Origin: Octopus vulgaris
Lineage: Eukaryota
Assembly (NCBI GenBank): GCA_951406725.2
Contig: OX597819.1
Coordinates: 99,944,001-100,008,000, forward strand
DNA: 64,000 nt
Direction: 5' to 3'
The notes beneath the pieces are model-generated. The model ran no database searches. It had not been told where the DNA came from and saw nothing but the letters and a program-made list of their open reading frames with translations. Made by a program: the position numbers and the translations under genes. Shown piece after piece: positions 13,123 through 26,402 of this stretch (position 1 is the stretch's first letter; the number at the start of each line of letters is the position of its first letter).

Positions 13123-13519
13123 GGTGTGCTTGTGTGTGTTTGTGTGTGTAGGCTATGTCTTTCACCCGACGAGCTTCCACCCAATTTCATTCACAAATAT
13201 TGGGTACTGTGGAAACTATGGTAAAAAATACTTGCTCAAGAGCCCGGGCATTGGCTGGCATCGAAAACAAGTTCTCGAGATTAGCCACTAGATCATGTCT
13301 TCGTTCATAGATTCGGTAGAGCATCGGCCTTACTCCCTTAATGAAGTTATTTGCGATCTCTTTGCGCCCAGAGTTCAAGTCCAATAAGATAACATTTTAA
13401 CTTTCATACTGAACAGGTAAAAAATATCAATAAATTATCAGTCAATTCCTAGCAATTATACGACTACATCTCCGCTCTTCACAATTGGACTGGTTGTGAA
13501 AATAGAATAAATATAAACC

Positions 13520-13631
<112 letters not shown>

Positions 13632-13686
13632 CACATATTACTTGATAGATTTATTCGTAAAATTTTTTACCTGCAGACCCTATATA

Positions 13687-13744
<58 letters not shown>

Positions 13745-14034
13745 GGAGTAAATCCAAACTTACAGGGAAAAATTAGATTTAGGATTAAATCTAATTTCAC
13801 AAAGGCTTTGTGAAAACTTTTTGATAGTTATATATATTTAAAAAAAAAAATAAATATAAATTAATAATTTTAATTTTAAATTTAAATAATTTAAATTTAA
13901 AAATTTTTATTTTATATATTTTGTATATTATATAATTTATTTTTATGTTTATATTTTGGTTTATGTTTTTCATTGTTTGATTTGCCTAATAGTGATTTTA
14001 TCTCTAATTTAATTTATATATATATATACATTCT

Positions 14035-14250
14035 TTTTCTTTTATTCTTTTATTTGTTTCAGTCATTTGATTGCGCTCATGCTGGAGCACTGCCTTTAGT
14101 CGAGCAAATCGACCCCAGAACTTATTCTTTGTAAGCATAGTACTTAGTCTATCGTTCCCCCTTGCCGAACCGCTAAGTGACAGGGACGTAAGCACACCAT
14201 CATCGGTTGTCAAACGATGTTGGGTGACAAACACAGATACACAAACATAT
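14035..14250 (-). mobile_element. SINE family A, 3' half
   Basis: gtttcagtcatttga...catgctggagcac...gccgaaccgctaag. Confidence 0.85.
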
Positions 14251-14565
14251 ACATACACACACAGACATATACATGCATGCATACATACATAGATACATAC
14301 ATAGATACATACATAGATACATACATACATACATACATACATACATACATACATACATACATACATACATACGTACATACATACATTGTAATGGACGCAG
14401 GTTCGTGTGTCATATAGCTAGCTAGAGGTGATGGCCTTTTGGAGCTAATCAGCGACAGCTTTAGTCTTATATTTATAGACTGCCATATTAGTATGGCGAT
14501 AACTATTAATATCCAGTAACGCTGCCGTAATCTCCTTTAGAGAGACTTAGTAATTTTAATATTTC

Positions 14566-14620
<55 letters not shown>

Positions 14621-14650
14621 CATATATATACATACATATATATACATAAA

Positions 14651-14945
14651 CTGGCACACTGTCGGTTACGACGACGAAGGTTCCAGCGGATTCGATCAAC
14701 GGAACACCCAGTTCGTAAAATTAACATGCAAGTGGCCGAGCATTCCATAGACACGCGTATCCTTAACGTAGTTCTCAAGGAGATTCAGCGTGACACAAAA
14801 TATAACAAAGCTGGCCCTTTGAAATGCAGATACTGCTCATTTTTGCCAGCTGAGTGGACTGGAGTGGCGTAAAGGTGTCTTTCTTAATGGCACACTGCGC
14901 TGCGGGGAATCGAACTCACGACCTTACGATCGGAGGGCGTGCACC
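14651..14945 (-). mobile_element. tRNA-derived SINE sharing the family B 3' tail but with a different centre (copy 1)
   Basis: Tail gtcggttacgacgacgaaggttcc...ccttaacgtagttctc as in family B; B-box ggggaatcgaactc. Confidence 0.8.
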
Positions 14946-15145
14946 TTCCTAATATATATATAGTTATGCGTGTGTGTATGTATGCATGGCATGCATGTAT
15001 ATCTACTTATTGCCCCCTCTCTCACGCACACTATGTATATATATATATATACACATATACACAAACATGCATATGTGTATTGGCGTATGTACCTGAATAA
15101 ACATATGCACATATATTCATGCGCACGCACATACACATATGGGAA

Positions 15146-15237
<92 letters not shown>

Positions 15238-15938
15238 GAGAAAGAAATAGTGAGAGGGGCAGAGATGGAGAGAAAGAGAGAGATAGAGAGAGAGAAGGAG
15301 AGAGAAAGAGAGAAGGGTTTAGATACTATATATTCAGACCAACCTATAACTCTCAATACGAGGAAGCTATTCAAACTGCAAGATAGTGTCAGTGTGAAAT
15401 AAAAGAAAGTAAATTGTCAACTAAATGACAGGACGTTGTTCATTTGAGTGAATTAGTCCAACGTTTGTTAGCGTTGTAAGCTTTATAAAAGGTTTCGTGT
15501 CAAATTTGATCGGTTGTCAACGCCATGATATATGTCTGTCACTTTCCATATCTTAATACTTGTATCTCTCTTCTGGCAGCGACTTTAAACGAAGCCAATT
15601 GTGATGCTTCTAGCCGTGACTGATACCAATTTTATATACCTCTACATGTATACTAATCGCTAATATTTTCTGTAACGTGACTCTTTGACTCTTAGCTTCC
15701 AGCGTATGGTAGCGCTTTTTCTATACTAATATATATTCTCAGCACACGAATAATCGTGCGCGCGCACACACGGCCATGCGCCGTTGATACGCATTATGCA
15801 TACTGCTATATTTAACTAAGCTAGATTTTTGGCATTGCTCCTATCAGGTTAGTACTTAAAGGTGAAAGAAGCTCACCCAACGTATTATGTTATTAGTGGT
15901 ACAAACATATTGCGCATATTGCAAACATAGATAAATAG

Positions 15939-15970
<32 letters not shown>

Positions 15971-16030
15971 GTCCATCCATCCATCCATCCATCCATCCAT
16001 CCATCCATCCATCCATCCATACATACATAC

Positions 16031-16089
<59 letters not shown>

Positions 16090-16113
16090 TATACATACAT
16101 ATATATACATAAA

Positions 16114-16430
16114 CTGGCACACTGTCGGTTACGACGACGAAGGTTCCAGCGGATTCGATCAACGGAATACCCAGTTCGTAAAATTAACATGCAAGTGGCC
16201 GAGCATTCCATAGACACGCGTATCCTTAACGTAGTTCTCAAGGAGATTCAGCGTGACACAAAATATAACAAAGCTGGCCCTTTGAAATGCAGATACTGCT
16301 CATTTTTGCCAGCTGAGTGGACTGGAGTGGCGTAAAGGTGTCTTTCTTAATGGCACACTGCGCTGCGGGGAATCGAACTCACGACCTTACGATCGGAGGG
16401 CGAATACCCTGACCACTAATTCGTGCACCT
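16114..16430 (-). mobile_element. Same SINE in duplicated copy 2, with intact head
   Basis: Essentially identical to 14651-14945 plus the 21-bp head segment. Confidence 0.8.
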
Positions 16431-16630
16431 TCCTAATATATATATAGTTATGCGTGTGTGTATGTATGCATGGCATGCATGTATATCTACTTATTGCCCC
16501 CTCTCTCACGCACACTATGTATATATATATATATACACATATACACAAACATGCATATGTGTATTGGCGTATGTACCTGAATAAACATATGCACATATAT
16601 TCATGCGCACGCACATACACATATGGGAAA

Positions 16631-16705
<75 letters not shown>

Positions 16706-17489
16706 GAGAAAGAAATAGTGAGAGGGGCAGAGATGGAGAGAAAGAGAGAGATAGAGAGAGAGAAGGAGAGAGAAAGAGAGAAGGGTTTAGATACTATATA
16801 TTCAGACCAACCTATAACTCTCAATACGAGGAAGCTATTCAAACTGCAAGATAGTGTCAGTGTGAAATAAAAGAAAGTAAATTGTCAACTAAATGACAGG
16901 ACGTTGTTCATTTGAGTGAATTAGTCCAACGTTTGTTAGCGTTGTAAGCTTTATAAAAGGTTTCGTGTCAAATTTGATCGGTTGTCACCGCCATGATATA
17001 TGTCTGTCACTTTCCATATCTTAATACTTGTATCTCTCTTCTGGCAGCGACTTTAAACGAAGCCAATTGTGATGCTTCTAGCCGTGACTGATACCAATTT
17101 TATATACCTCTACATGTATACTAATCGCTAATATTTTCTGTAACGTGACTCTTTGACTCTTAGCTTCCAGCGTATGTAGCGCTTTTTCTATACTAATATG
17201 TATTCCCAGCACACGAAAAATCGTGCGCGCACACACACGGCCATGCGCCGTTGATACGCATTATGCATACTGCTATATTTAACTAAGCTAGATTTTTGGC
17301 ATTGCTCCTATCAGGTTAGTACTTAAAGGTGAAAGAAGCTCACCCAACGTATTATGTTATTAGTCGTACAAACATATTGCGCATATTGCAAATATAGATA
17401 AATAGATCCATACATCCATCCATCCATCCATCCATACATCCATCCATCCATCCATCCATCCATCCATCCATCCATCCATCCATCCATAC

Positions 17490-17523
<34 letters not shown>

Positions 17524-17540
17524 CATACATATACACGTAC

Positions 17541-17607
<67 letters not shown>

Positions 17608-17702
17608 TAGATAGATAGATAGATAGATAGGCACATACATACATACCAACATAGATAGATATACATATGCAAACATATATGTATATATATACATATATAT
17701 AT

Positions 17703-18071
17703 AACGGGAAGCTTTATGAAAATAAACAAAAGACGAAGGCAGGTGGAAAACAAACGAACAATTGTATTAGTATGGCGCTCAGGAAATATAAATAAAACAA
17801 GTCTTTAACGTTTCGAGCCTACGCTCTTCAACAGAAAGATACACAGAGAGAGAAAAACACAGAAAGAAGGAGAGAAAAAAAATGCGTGCAGTAGCTAACG
17901 AATCAACATGGCGATCTGATTTCGGCCAGAGGTCAAAGATCAAACATGAGACGCGAGAGCGAAATAAGGGGAGATAATAGGGTTGATAAAAGGGTTGAGG
18001 GACCAGCTAAAAGTGCGTGGGAGGGGTCTGGATGTGTGTATGTATAGGGTTGGTGTATGTATTAGTATGTA

Positions 18072-18116
<45 letters not shown>

Positions 18117-18460
18117 AGAGAGTATTAGTGCGTAAGATTGGTCTGGACGTGCGTATGTATGGGGTTGGTGTATGTATTAGTATGTATTAGTATGTATTAG
18201 TACGTATTGGTATGTATAGGTATGTGTGTGTGTGTGAGAGAGAGTATAAGTGCGTATGCGGGGTCTGGACGTGTGTATGTATAGGGTTGGTGTAAGTATT
18301 AGTATGTACTAGTATGTATTAGTACGTATTAGTATGTATTAGTTGGTGTGTGTATTATGGCACATCATATGTGATGTGATGTGTAAAGTCATGTGGTGTA
18401 GTGAGGAGAAGAGGGGAGGGGAGAAGGGGAGGGGAAGAGGGGGAGAGAAGGGGAGGGATA
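17703..18460 (-). mobile_element. Penelope-like 3' end / pseudo-LTR in (TA)n, with hammerhead fold and internal ~115-120-bp triple repeat
   Basis: Flanked by TA-rich repeats, homologous to 44284-44486, and contains the fold at 17802-17839. The unit gtctgga(c/t)gtg..tatgtat.gggttggtgta recurs near 18026, 18140 and 18263. Confidence 0.7.
17802..17839 (-). ncRNA. Minimal type-I hammerhead ribozyme-like motif (variant core CUGUUGA)
   Basis: Minus strand: UCUUU-CUGUUGA-A-GAGC-GUAG-GCUC-GAAA-CG-UU-AAAGA. Stem I UCUUU/AAAGA, stem II GAGC/GCUC, palindromic AACGUU stem III. Confidence 0.65.
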
Positions 18461-18524
18461 TATATATATATATACATACCAACATAGATACATAGATAGA
18501 TATACATATGCAAACATATATGTA

Positions 18525-18578
<54 letters not shown>

Positions 18579-18589
18579 TATATATATAT

Positions 18590-18719
18590 ATATATACATA
18601 TATGTTTACATATGTATATCTATCTATGTATCCATGTGGTATGTATGTGTCTATCTATCTATCTATCTATCTATCTCTCTCTATATATCTCTCTCTCTCT
18701 CTCTCTCACTATATATATA

Positions 18720-18759
<40 letters not shown>

Positions 18760-19173
18760 GTACGTGCATATGTATGCATGTATGTATGTATGTATGTATG
18801 TATGTATGGATGGATGGATGGATGGATGGATGGATGGATGGGTGGATGGATGGATGGATGGATGGATGGATGGATGGATGGATGGATGGATGGATGGATG
18901 GATCTATTTATCTATGTTTGCAATATGCGCAATATGTTTGTACAACTAATAACATAATACGTTGGGTGAGCTTCTTTCACCTTTAAGTACTAACCTGATA
19001 GGAGCAATGCCAAAAATCTAGCTTAGTTAAATATAGCAGTATGCATAATGAGTAACAACGGCGCATGGCCGTGTGTGTGCACGCACGATTTTTCGTGTGC
19101 TGAGAATACATATTAGTATAGAAAAAGCGCTACATACGCTGGAAGCTAAGAGTCAAAGAGTCACGTTACAGAA

Positions 19174-19180
<7 letters not shown>
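18590..19180 (-). repeat. Inverted third copy of the distal part of the duplicated unit
   Basis: Reverse complement of ~17129-17700, for example gttgggtgagcttctttcacctttaag versus cttaaaggtgaaagaagctcacccaac. Confidence 0.95.
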
Positions 19181-19212
<32 letters not shown>

Positions 19213-19593
19213 TATGTTTGTATGTGTAGATCTATCGATGTATCTAGGTATCTATCTATCTATCTACTGTCTGACTGTCTGCCTGTATGTATGTATGTAT
19301 GTATGTATGTATGTATGTATGTATGTATATTCGAATCTGAAAAATTACAGATAGATTTTCTACATTTTTTTTTCTACATGTATATCTTTGTAACTCGTTT
19401 TCTCGAAGAAACACGTATAACATGGAAATAAAAAATTTACCAAATTCTTTCAGTTTTCTGTTTTGATACATGCACAGGCACATACATACATACATACATA
19501 CATACATACATACATACATGCATACATACATACATACATACATACATACATACATACATACATACATACATACATACATACACAAACAAAAAT

Positions 19594-19712
19594 ACCCTGT
19601 TGCTGATTTTGAAATTCCAATGAAGGAGCCTTGGATCTAGGCTAGAAACTGATTCTTTCTCTATTGACAAGAAATCTTGAAATAAATTGAAAAAGGACAT
19701 ACATACATGCAT
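19594..19712 (+). mobile_element. Short structured repeat, probable 3' UTR of the (CATA)n-associated RLE element
   Basis: ccaatgaaggagccttggatctagg.tagaaac...ttctttctctattg recurs at ~7352-7440 and ~20931-21030. This copy is followed by catacataca. Confidence 0.65.
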
Positions 19713-19719
19713 ACATATG

Positions 19720-21040
19720 TTAACTGTTTCGCCTATATCTGATGAGGAATGTTACAGGTTCTAGGGGTAGATGGAAACTTATTTTACAATGGCACCTGTA
19801 ACAAAACACGTATAATTAAAGAATATTACGGGCTAATAAAGAAAATATGGACCTCGGAACTCTCTGCATTCAATAAAACATTGGCTACAATGTGTTTGCA
19901 GTGCCAGTACTCATACCATCATGGGATACTTGATCGGACGCTTAGCAAGAGCCATTGATGTGAAAACCCGGAAGATACTAACCATCACGCATAATTTCCA
20001 CGCATAATTTCCACATAAACAGTAACGAAAACAAGGAGGTATAAGCTTAACGTTGATCCAGACTGTCTTTGAATATCGTATCATATCTCTTCGGCAACAT
20101 CTTTTAACCACCAAATGTCGAAGTGCATCCCTTGACTAAGTTTGCATACATGAGGCTCATAACATCATAAGACTTGCAAAGCAGTTCCTTGAGATGCATT
20201 CCTTGACTGATTACCTCAAATACATGTCCAAATAAGTCGTACGACCCTACTGCAACGCACCATCAGATGAAAAGATGAGCGTATTTCAGCAGAAGATCAT
20301 GCATGGATATGTTAGTAGAAACCTCTGAGATGATGGTAACATCGATCATCAAAGCAGCCTATCATGGACCAATAACTGGATTACTAACTCCCAGTTTGCA
20401 ATCCAAGGACAGGAAATACCAAACAAATACTTGATGCACAAATTGGACAGAGACGCAGGGAAAGTAGTAAAATGTGACAACCAATGCAGACTTTGTGGAG
20501 TTAACACCGAAGATATCACCCACATCATAAGCAGTTGTCCGAAATGTCATCACGGCATTATCTACCGATGAGGCATGATGTTGTAGATAGGACACTATTT
20601 AATGAGATCCGTCAGAAGGATAACTCCGAGGCTAAAGAAATAGGAAGCTACAGTATGGCCGAAACCATAACCACTCATAATAAAAGCGAGTATTGTTGGA
20701 ATGTCCCCGTGAAAACCTTAATAAATGTAAACAATACACCTGACATAGTGATTTGGAATAGAGAAGAGAAACTGTGTAGTGTTGTGGAAATCAGTTGCCC
20801 AGCGTATATTGATTATCAAATATATATGAGCATATCTAGAATGCAACTATATGCATGAGTATTATATATAAAACAGAACATATAAATCGGCATACATACA
20901 TACATACATACATACATACATACATACATACTCTGCTGATGTTGAAGATTCAATGAAAGAGCCTTGGAACTAGGTTAGAAACCGGTTCTTTCTCTATTGG
21001 CAAGAAGTCTTGAAATGAAACTGAATAATGACAGGTATAC
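19720..21040 (+). mobile_element. Decayed RLE non-LTR retrotransposon (post-RT, CCHC, RLE, probable 3' UTR) in (CATA)n context
   Basis: Translates KKIWTSELSAFNK, IDVKTRKILT, CRLCGVNTEDITHIISSC, RHYLPMRHDVV and PDIVIWNREEKLCSVVEISCPA, with many frameshifts. Confidence 0.85.
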
Positions 21041-21239
21041 ATACATATGTGTGTGTTGTTGTTGTTGTTGTTGTGTGTGTGTACGTGTGCGTGTGTGTGT
21101 GCACATACGTATATACATATAAGCATACAAGTATACTTGTATATACATTCATGCATAGATACATGCCGTATATATATACAGCATGCATTCATACTTATAT
21201 GCAAAATATGTATGTATGCAAACAGCCATGAATACTTAT

Positions 21240-21765
21240 ATTCATATATGTCACTATTTGTGAGACATGATGTCTTGGTCTAACTAGATGTTATGCAAAG
21301 CATTTCATGCAAAGAATTGTCAAAATATCTTAAGCTATAACAATATAGACGGTGTATTCGCTGACAGTATGAAATCATTTTTGCGCATTTTCCTTATCAA
21401 GAACTCAGTAAAATGTATGCGTAAGAACCCAAGCATAATAATCTGGGATGGAGAAAAGAACATGTGTACTGTAGTAAAAATGATTTGCTCAGTCGATGTT
21501 AGCATAATGTTGAAGGGAAGTGTAAGAAGAAAGCGTCTTTTGTATAATTAATAAGAAAGCTATAGATGCTACACATGGATTATACATTGGATTTATGTTT
21601 GTAATTATTGGCGCACTTGGTTATGTAACTAATTTCCCGCAGCAACAATTTTTAGAAACCGAAATTCACAAAACCAGAAGGATACGGTTAATTAGGAAGT
21701 TACAGCTATAGGTCATTAGTGGAACTGCTTCAATATATAAAATATTCCAGATGTTTAGCATGTAG
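21240..21765 (+). mobile_element. Older RLE-domain fragment of a related family
   Basis: VRHDVL...PSIIIWD.EKNMCTVV...IIGALGYVT. Confidence 0.7.
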
Positions 21766-21880
21766 TAAGTGCATATACACGTATGTTGTCATATGAAGAC
21801 GTGTATATGTATAGATACTTAATTCGAAACATTCAGATCTACAAGTGCAACGAAATCCATGTGTTTATACATATGTCTGC

Positions 21881-21968
<88 letters not shown>

Positions 21969-21981
21969 TATTTTAAAAATG

Positions 21982-22415
21982 TAGGAAATACATTTCTACG
22001 TGAAATTGAATTCCTTATAGTGTATAGTATATAGCGTATAGTTAGCTATAGTATATATCCGATATAGTTAATCACTAACTGGAGTTAAATTTTAAATTGA
22101 TACTGAATATCCGTTAATTAGGTATGTATGTTCTAGCTTTATTTTTCAAATTTCTCCCCAGTAGACAACGAGCTGGTTTCTTGCCCAGGATAAAACTTCT
22201 ACATTAGAATTTACACATCAAGAACTAGATGGTCACATATATTATTTCTCTGATGGGAATTATTCGAGTTTATTTAATTCTGCTTCAAAATTAAAGCCGC
22301 TCACTGATGACACTGATGATACTTTTACACTATATCGGATATATACTATAGCTAACTATACGCTATATACTATACACTATAAGGAATTCAATTTCACGTA
22401 GAAATGTATTTCCTA
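21982..22415. repeat. Perfect 87-bp inverted repeat with 260-bp spacer (MITE-like)
   Basis: 21982-22068 is the exact reverse complement of 22329-22415. Both outer ends are TA. Confidence 0.95.
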
Positions 22416-24289
22416 GACAGACTTACAAGCAACTATTTTATAACATATTATGAAAATATACTATCAATAGGGATATCCTAACATATAGTATAGTCTGTGC
22501 TAGCATTTTTAATGTAGTGAATCAAGAAATTTTAAGTAATTCCATTTATATCTATAATGAGGAGAAATACTCATTAGAATTATTTAATTCTGGCTAAAGA
22601 AAAGTATGAGAGGTTGTATTGAGACTTCTATGGCAGTTAATTAAACTAGAATACGGGAAATGCAATGGAGGAATAAATGTAGCTTTAGCATTGCAGTGTC
22701 ATATCTGAAAATGTTTCGGTCTTATTAGATCTCATTAGCAAAGTATACATTCTAGGCAATTGTATTAGAAAATAAGGTGAGAGATATGGAGTTAATTTAC
22801 GTGAATAAGAATTGAATAGTACAATATCTTGAAATGAAGACTAGAGAAAAATCATTCAAGGTTATACAGCTTAGACAGATAGCGTAACAAATGCATTATA
22901 AGGTATTTACAAAATCACATACTGAATAACGTTTATATATGATTATTAACAAATATATTATACCAAATAGCGTGAGTATAGCTTCCAACAAGTGAAAAGA
23001 AAAGTACACATATTGGCTTGTTATATTGGTTGAATGTTTCAAATTTAGAAATTATTGTAAATGTGATCTGACTTTGTGCTGAGCTCTCTACGAAGTCTAT
23101 GCAAGCAATCATGTATGTATGTGATATTAACGATGTAAGTAACTTTAAATGATTGTAATCATTAATGGGAAAAGTAGGGTCATAGCTCAACTTATTATTA
23201 CATCACTCACAAGGTGAAGATATAATGTATTCATCACGGATTTAAATTATATGAGTGGAATGAATATTGTTTTAATAGAAAACTTTTTAATTAGCGCGCA
23301 TTAATTGATTATATAAAATCTTAATTATAAAAGTTTTAATTAAAATGTATTGATTGTAATAGTTCAATTATAAATGCAGAGTTATAATGTAGAATTCTAT
23401 AATTATATAATTGCATTGTAGTTTTAATTACAAAGTGTTAATTATAGAGACTCTGATTGTAATGCTTCACTGCAATAAATATTTAAGTGGGGTGATTCAT
23501 TTACAACAGATTAATGTAACAATTACACAATGTCACGTGACAAATCCCTTTTTTTAGAATGCCATACTACTATTTTGGTGAAGACTTCAAGAAAAGTTAA
23601 GGGAGAAAGCACGGAATGGAGAATGTCACCGTATGTCGATTTAAGGGTCTTGAGTTCGTATCTTGATATTAGCATATCTTTGTATCCATGGCAAGCGAAA
23701 TTAGTTATTTCCGTACATTCTTTCACTCATTCATTTGTTCTGCAGAGTGCAACAACCAACTGTATACAGACACTAGGTCATAGTATTCATATGTATAGCG
23801 GTTACTATCTGTTTTGTTGCTAATCATGGAGAATCAAATATTTCTGACAAATGTACTGGCAAGCATTATAAAGTAAACTCTTTCATCATCACTAATAATC
23901 GCCTTCAATATTTGAAGACAACCTTAAGAAATTCTCTTATACGTCAAATTCTGACACTCACAGACAGGCAATGAATTACTATGTGGTTGGTTACTTGTCT
24001 TGGTATAAATAACAGTTAAATCTCCATCAAATGACATCCAATTGTCTTGTAAATATCAAAAGACACATTCGACAACGCAGTCGTAGATACATTGTGGTTT
24101 GAATATAAGAAATAGAATGGCACTCACTAAAATGTTTGATCATAGGCCTGATGAATCAGGTTCGAAGTGAAGTTAAATAACAATAGCAACAACAACAAGA
24201 AGAACAATTGTAGCAAAGAACCTTTGCGAATTATTTTCAGTTTTATTGAAGTGTACAATTAACAGAATCCATTTATCCATAATACCACA

Positions 24290-24490
24290 CCATTCGTTAG
24301 CGCGTCGGGCAAACTGCTAAGCGACATTTCGTCTGTCTTAATGTTTTGAGTTCAAATTCCACCAAGGTCAATTTTGCTTTTTATCCTTTCGGGATAGATA
24401 TAAAACGTGCCAGATGAGTACTGGAGTCGATGTAATCAAATTACCTTGTTCTCCTGAAACTGCTGGTCTTGTGCTAAAATTTGAAACCGA
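24290..24490 (+). mobile_element. SINE family D, diverged
   Basis: cgttagcgcgtcgggc...gagttcaaattccacc...tttatcctttcggg; matches 25871-26102. Confidence 0.7.
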
Positions 24491-24809
24491 TGCTACCACT
24501 CCATTTGTAATCGATTTTACATACATGATTGCATGCATAGACTTCGTATAGATATCAGGTAAGTACTGAAAACTATAGCGTGGTGCAAAGGCCACTTTTC
24601 ATATTAGGTGTGATCGATCTTCCTTTTTTACCTCTTTGAGGTTATCTTCAAAGAGTTTATGCAATTAAGATCCAAATATTCCAGAAGTTGAAGGATATTA
24701 TTTGATAATAAATTAAAATGTTGTGTCAAACACATTACAGTCAGACGTATAAGATTGTCCACAAAGCATTCGACTCTGCAAAGTTCAAAATGGAAAACAT
24801 TTACAATTA

Positions 24810-25670
24810 TTAGGTTGTTCCGAAAATAATGGCCGCTCTAAGTGTTTTCAAATGCAATTTTATTAAAATATTTTAATCATATTTTAGGTATATTTCGACA
24901 TACTTAATAATTGATGTATGCTTTTTAATAATGTTCTCCTTATTTCAAACAGAAAATATTCTTGAAGCATAGGCGCCCTTAATTATGAATATGACAAAAA
25001 ATGGACCTTCGCTTACTTTTCTGTATGAGTTCAAGCTTGGGCACAATGCCTCCCAAACCGCTGCCAATATCAACAGAGAATGGGGAGAGGGGTTCAAAAG
25101 TGATTGCACAGCACGAAAGGAGTTTCAGAAATTCCGTAGTGGTGATGAGTACCTTGAAGATGAAGAAAGTAGAGGACGGTCACGCAATCTTCACAATGAA
25201 CAATTGAAAGCAATTGTTGAACAAAACCTACGTCAAAGTATTAACGAAATGTCTCAGGCACTTGGTGTCGGTATTGCAACGGTCTCATGCAATCTGCAGA
25301 AGACTGGTAAGGTTAAAAAACTCGATAAATGGGTTCCGCATAAGCTCAATGAGAATTAAGAAGTTCTTCGTTTTGAAGTGTGCTCGATACTTTTTTGCGA
25401 AACACCAATGATCCTTTTCTTGACCGAATAGTCACTTGTGACGAAAAGTGGATCATTTATGTTAACCGTACACGATCAGATCAATGGTTTGATTGTGATG
25501 AGTTCCTCTTACATTTCCCAAAGCCAAAGTTGCAACAGGTGGCTGTCTGGTGGTTTGCAATTGGTGTTGTCCATTACAGCTTTCTGAAAACTAATCAAAG
25601 CATTACAGCCGGAGTTTAGTGCAATCAGCTCGCTGAAATGCATGCTAACTTGCAAAAATTTTGCATAATC
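24810..25670 (+). mobile_element. Mariner transposon, left TIR plus frameshifted, 3'-truncated transposase
   Basis: TIR-like ttaggttgttccgaaaataatggccg. Motifs LYEFKLGHNA, GR dipeptide, KKLDKWVPHKL and FLDRIVTCDEKWI lie across three frames. Confidence 0.9.
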
Positions 25671-25870
25671 GATAAAAAGAATACATCGTAGCGAGAAACG
25701 AACCTGAAACGCAAGCTTTGCATACAAATATCATTAATTTTGCTCTTCTACGTTTGTTCAGAAATACAAATACACGTTTTCATCGCAGCAGCAATCGCAT
25801 TGATTTGTAGAAAGAGCAGTCCGCTGAATTTAGTGCAATGTAGGATTGGTGGTTTATATCATCACCTAGA

Positions 25871-26102
25871 AGGCGGCGAGCTGGCAGAAACGTTAGCATG
25901 ACGGGCGAAATGCTTAGCAGTATTTCGTCTGCCGCTACGCTCTGAGTTCAAATTTCGCCGAGATCGACTTTGCCTTTCATCCTTTCGAGGTCGATTAAAT
26001 AAGTACCAGTTACGCACTGGGGTCGACATAATCGATTTAATCCGTTTGTCTGTCCTTGTTTGTCCTCTCTGTGTTTAGCTCCTTGTGGGTAGTAAAGAAA
26101 TA
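25871..26102 (+). mobile_element. SINE family D with 17-bp TSD
   Basis: Head ggcggcgagctggcagaaacgttagc, B-box gagttcaaat, central gcctttcatcctttcgaggtcgat..aataagtaccag (resembles the MetaSINE-type core, from memory). TSD ggtttatatcatcacct at 25851-25867 and 26103-26119. Confidence 0.88.
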
Positions 26103-26199
26103 GGTTTATATCATCACCTCACCGAGAGAAAAATCAAACACGAGAGATGGCACAAGATTAACAATGGGAATGAGAGAAATATAATATTGATTGCTAATT

Positions 26200-26402
26200 T
26201 AGGCAGACGGTCAGCAATTTAAGGGGTGGGTAAGCCAATTTCAGCGACCCCAGTACTTGACTGGTACTTATTTTATCGACCCTGAAAAGATGAAAGGCAA
26301 AATCGACTTTGGCAGCATTTGAACTTCAAATGCAAAGAGCGGCAAGGGATACCGTTAAACATTTTGTCCCGAGCGGTAAAGATTCGGCCAGATCGCTGCC
26401 TT
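26200..26402 (-). mobile_element. SINE family D, diverged
   Basis: ctggtacttattttatcgaccctgaaaagatgaaaggcaaaatcgac is the reverse complement of the family D core. Confidence 0.75.

Larger units (their letters stand above)
14570..17700 (+). repeat. Tandem segmental duplication, unit ~1.46 kb (copy 1 ~14570-16030, copy 2 ~16030-17560)
   Basis: The landmark aaactggcacact occurs at 14648 and 16111. Unique sequence is near-identical between copies. Copy 1 lacks 21 bp (aataccctgaccactaattcg). Confidence 0.95.

Noticed and set aside
18026-18345. Repeat-spacer-like triple unit suggestive of a CRISPR array
   Set aside because: The context is eukaryotic, the spacers are homologous microsatellite sequence, and there are no cas genes. 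It is a minisatellite inside a retroelement end.
19735-19750. CTGATGAG, a hammerhead core-like word
   Set aside because: No stem II or GAAA follows, and it lies in the decayed LINE coding region.
22708-22740. Degenerate hammerhead on the minus strand (CUAAUGA-GAUCU-AAUA-AGACC-GAAAC), with a possible GIY-YIG remnant near 22945-23050
   Set aside because: The core and stems are mutated and there is no stem I. It may be an ancient PLE relic, but it is too weak to call.
23320-23480. Weak ~15-16-bp AT-rich periodicity (ttaattata...)
   Set aside because: A degenerate low-complexity tandem repeat with no further structure.
24985-25619. Mariner ORFs as a domesticated SETMAR-like gene
   Set aside because: Frameshifted, truncated before the second and third catalytic residues, and no SET domain nearby.
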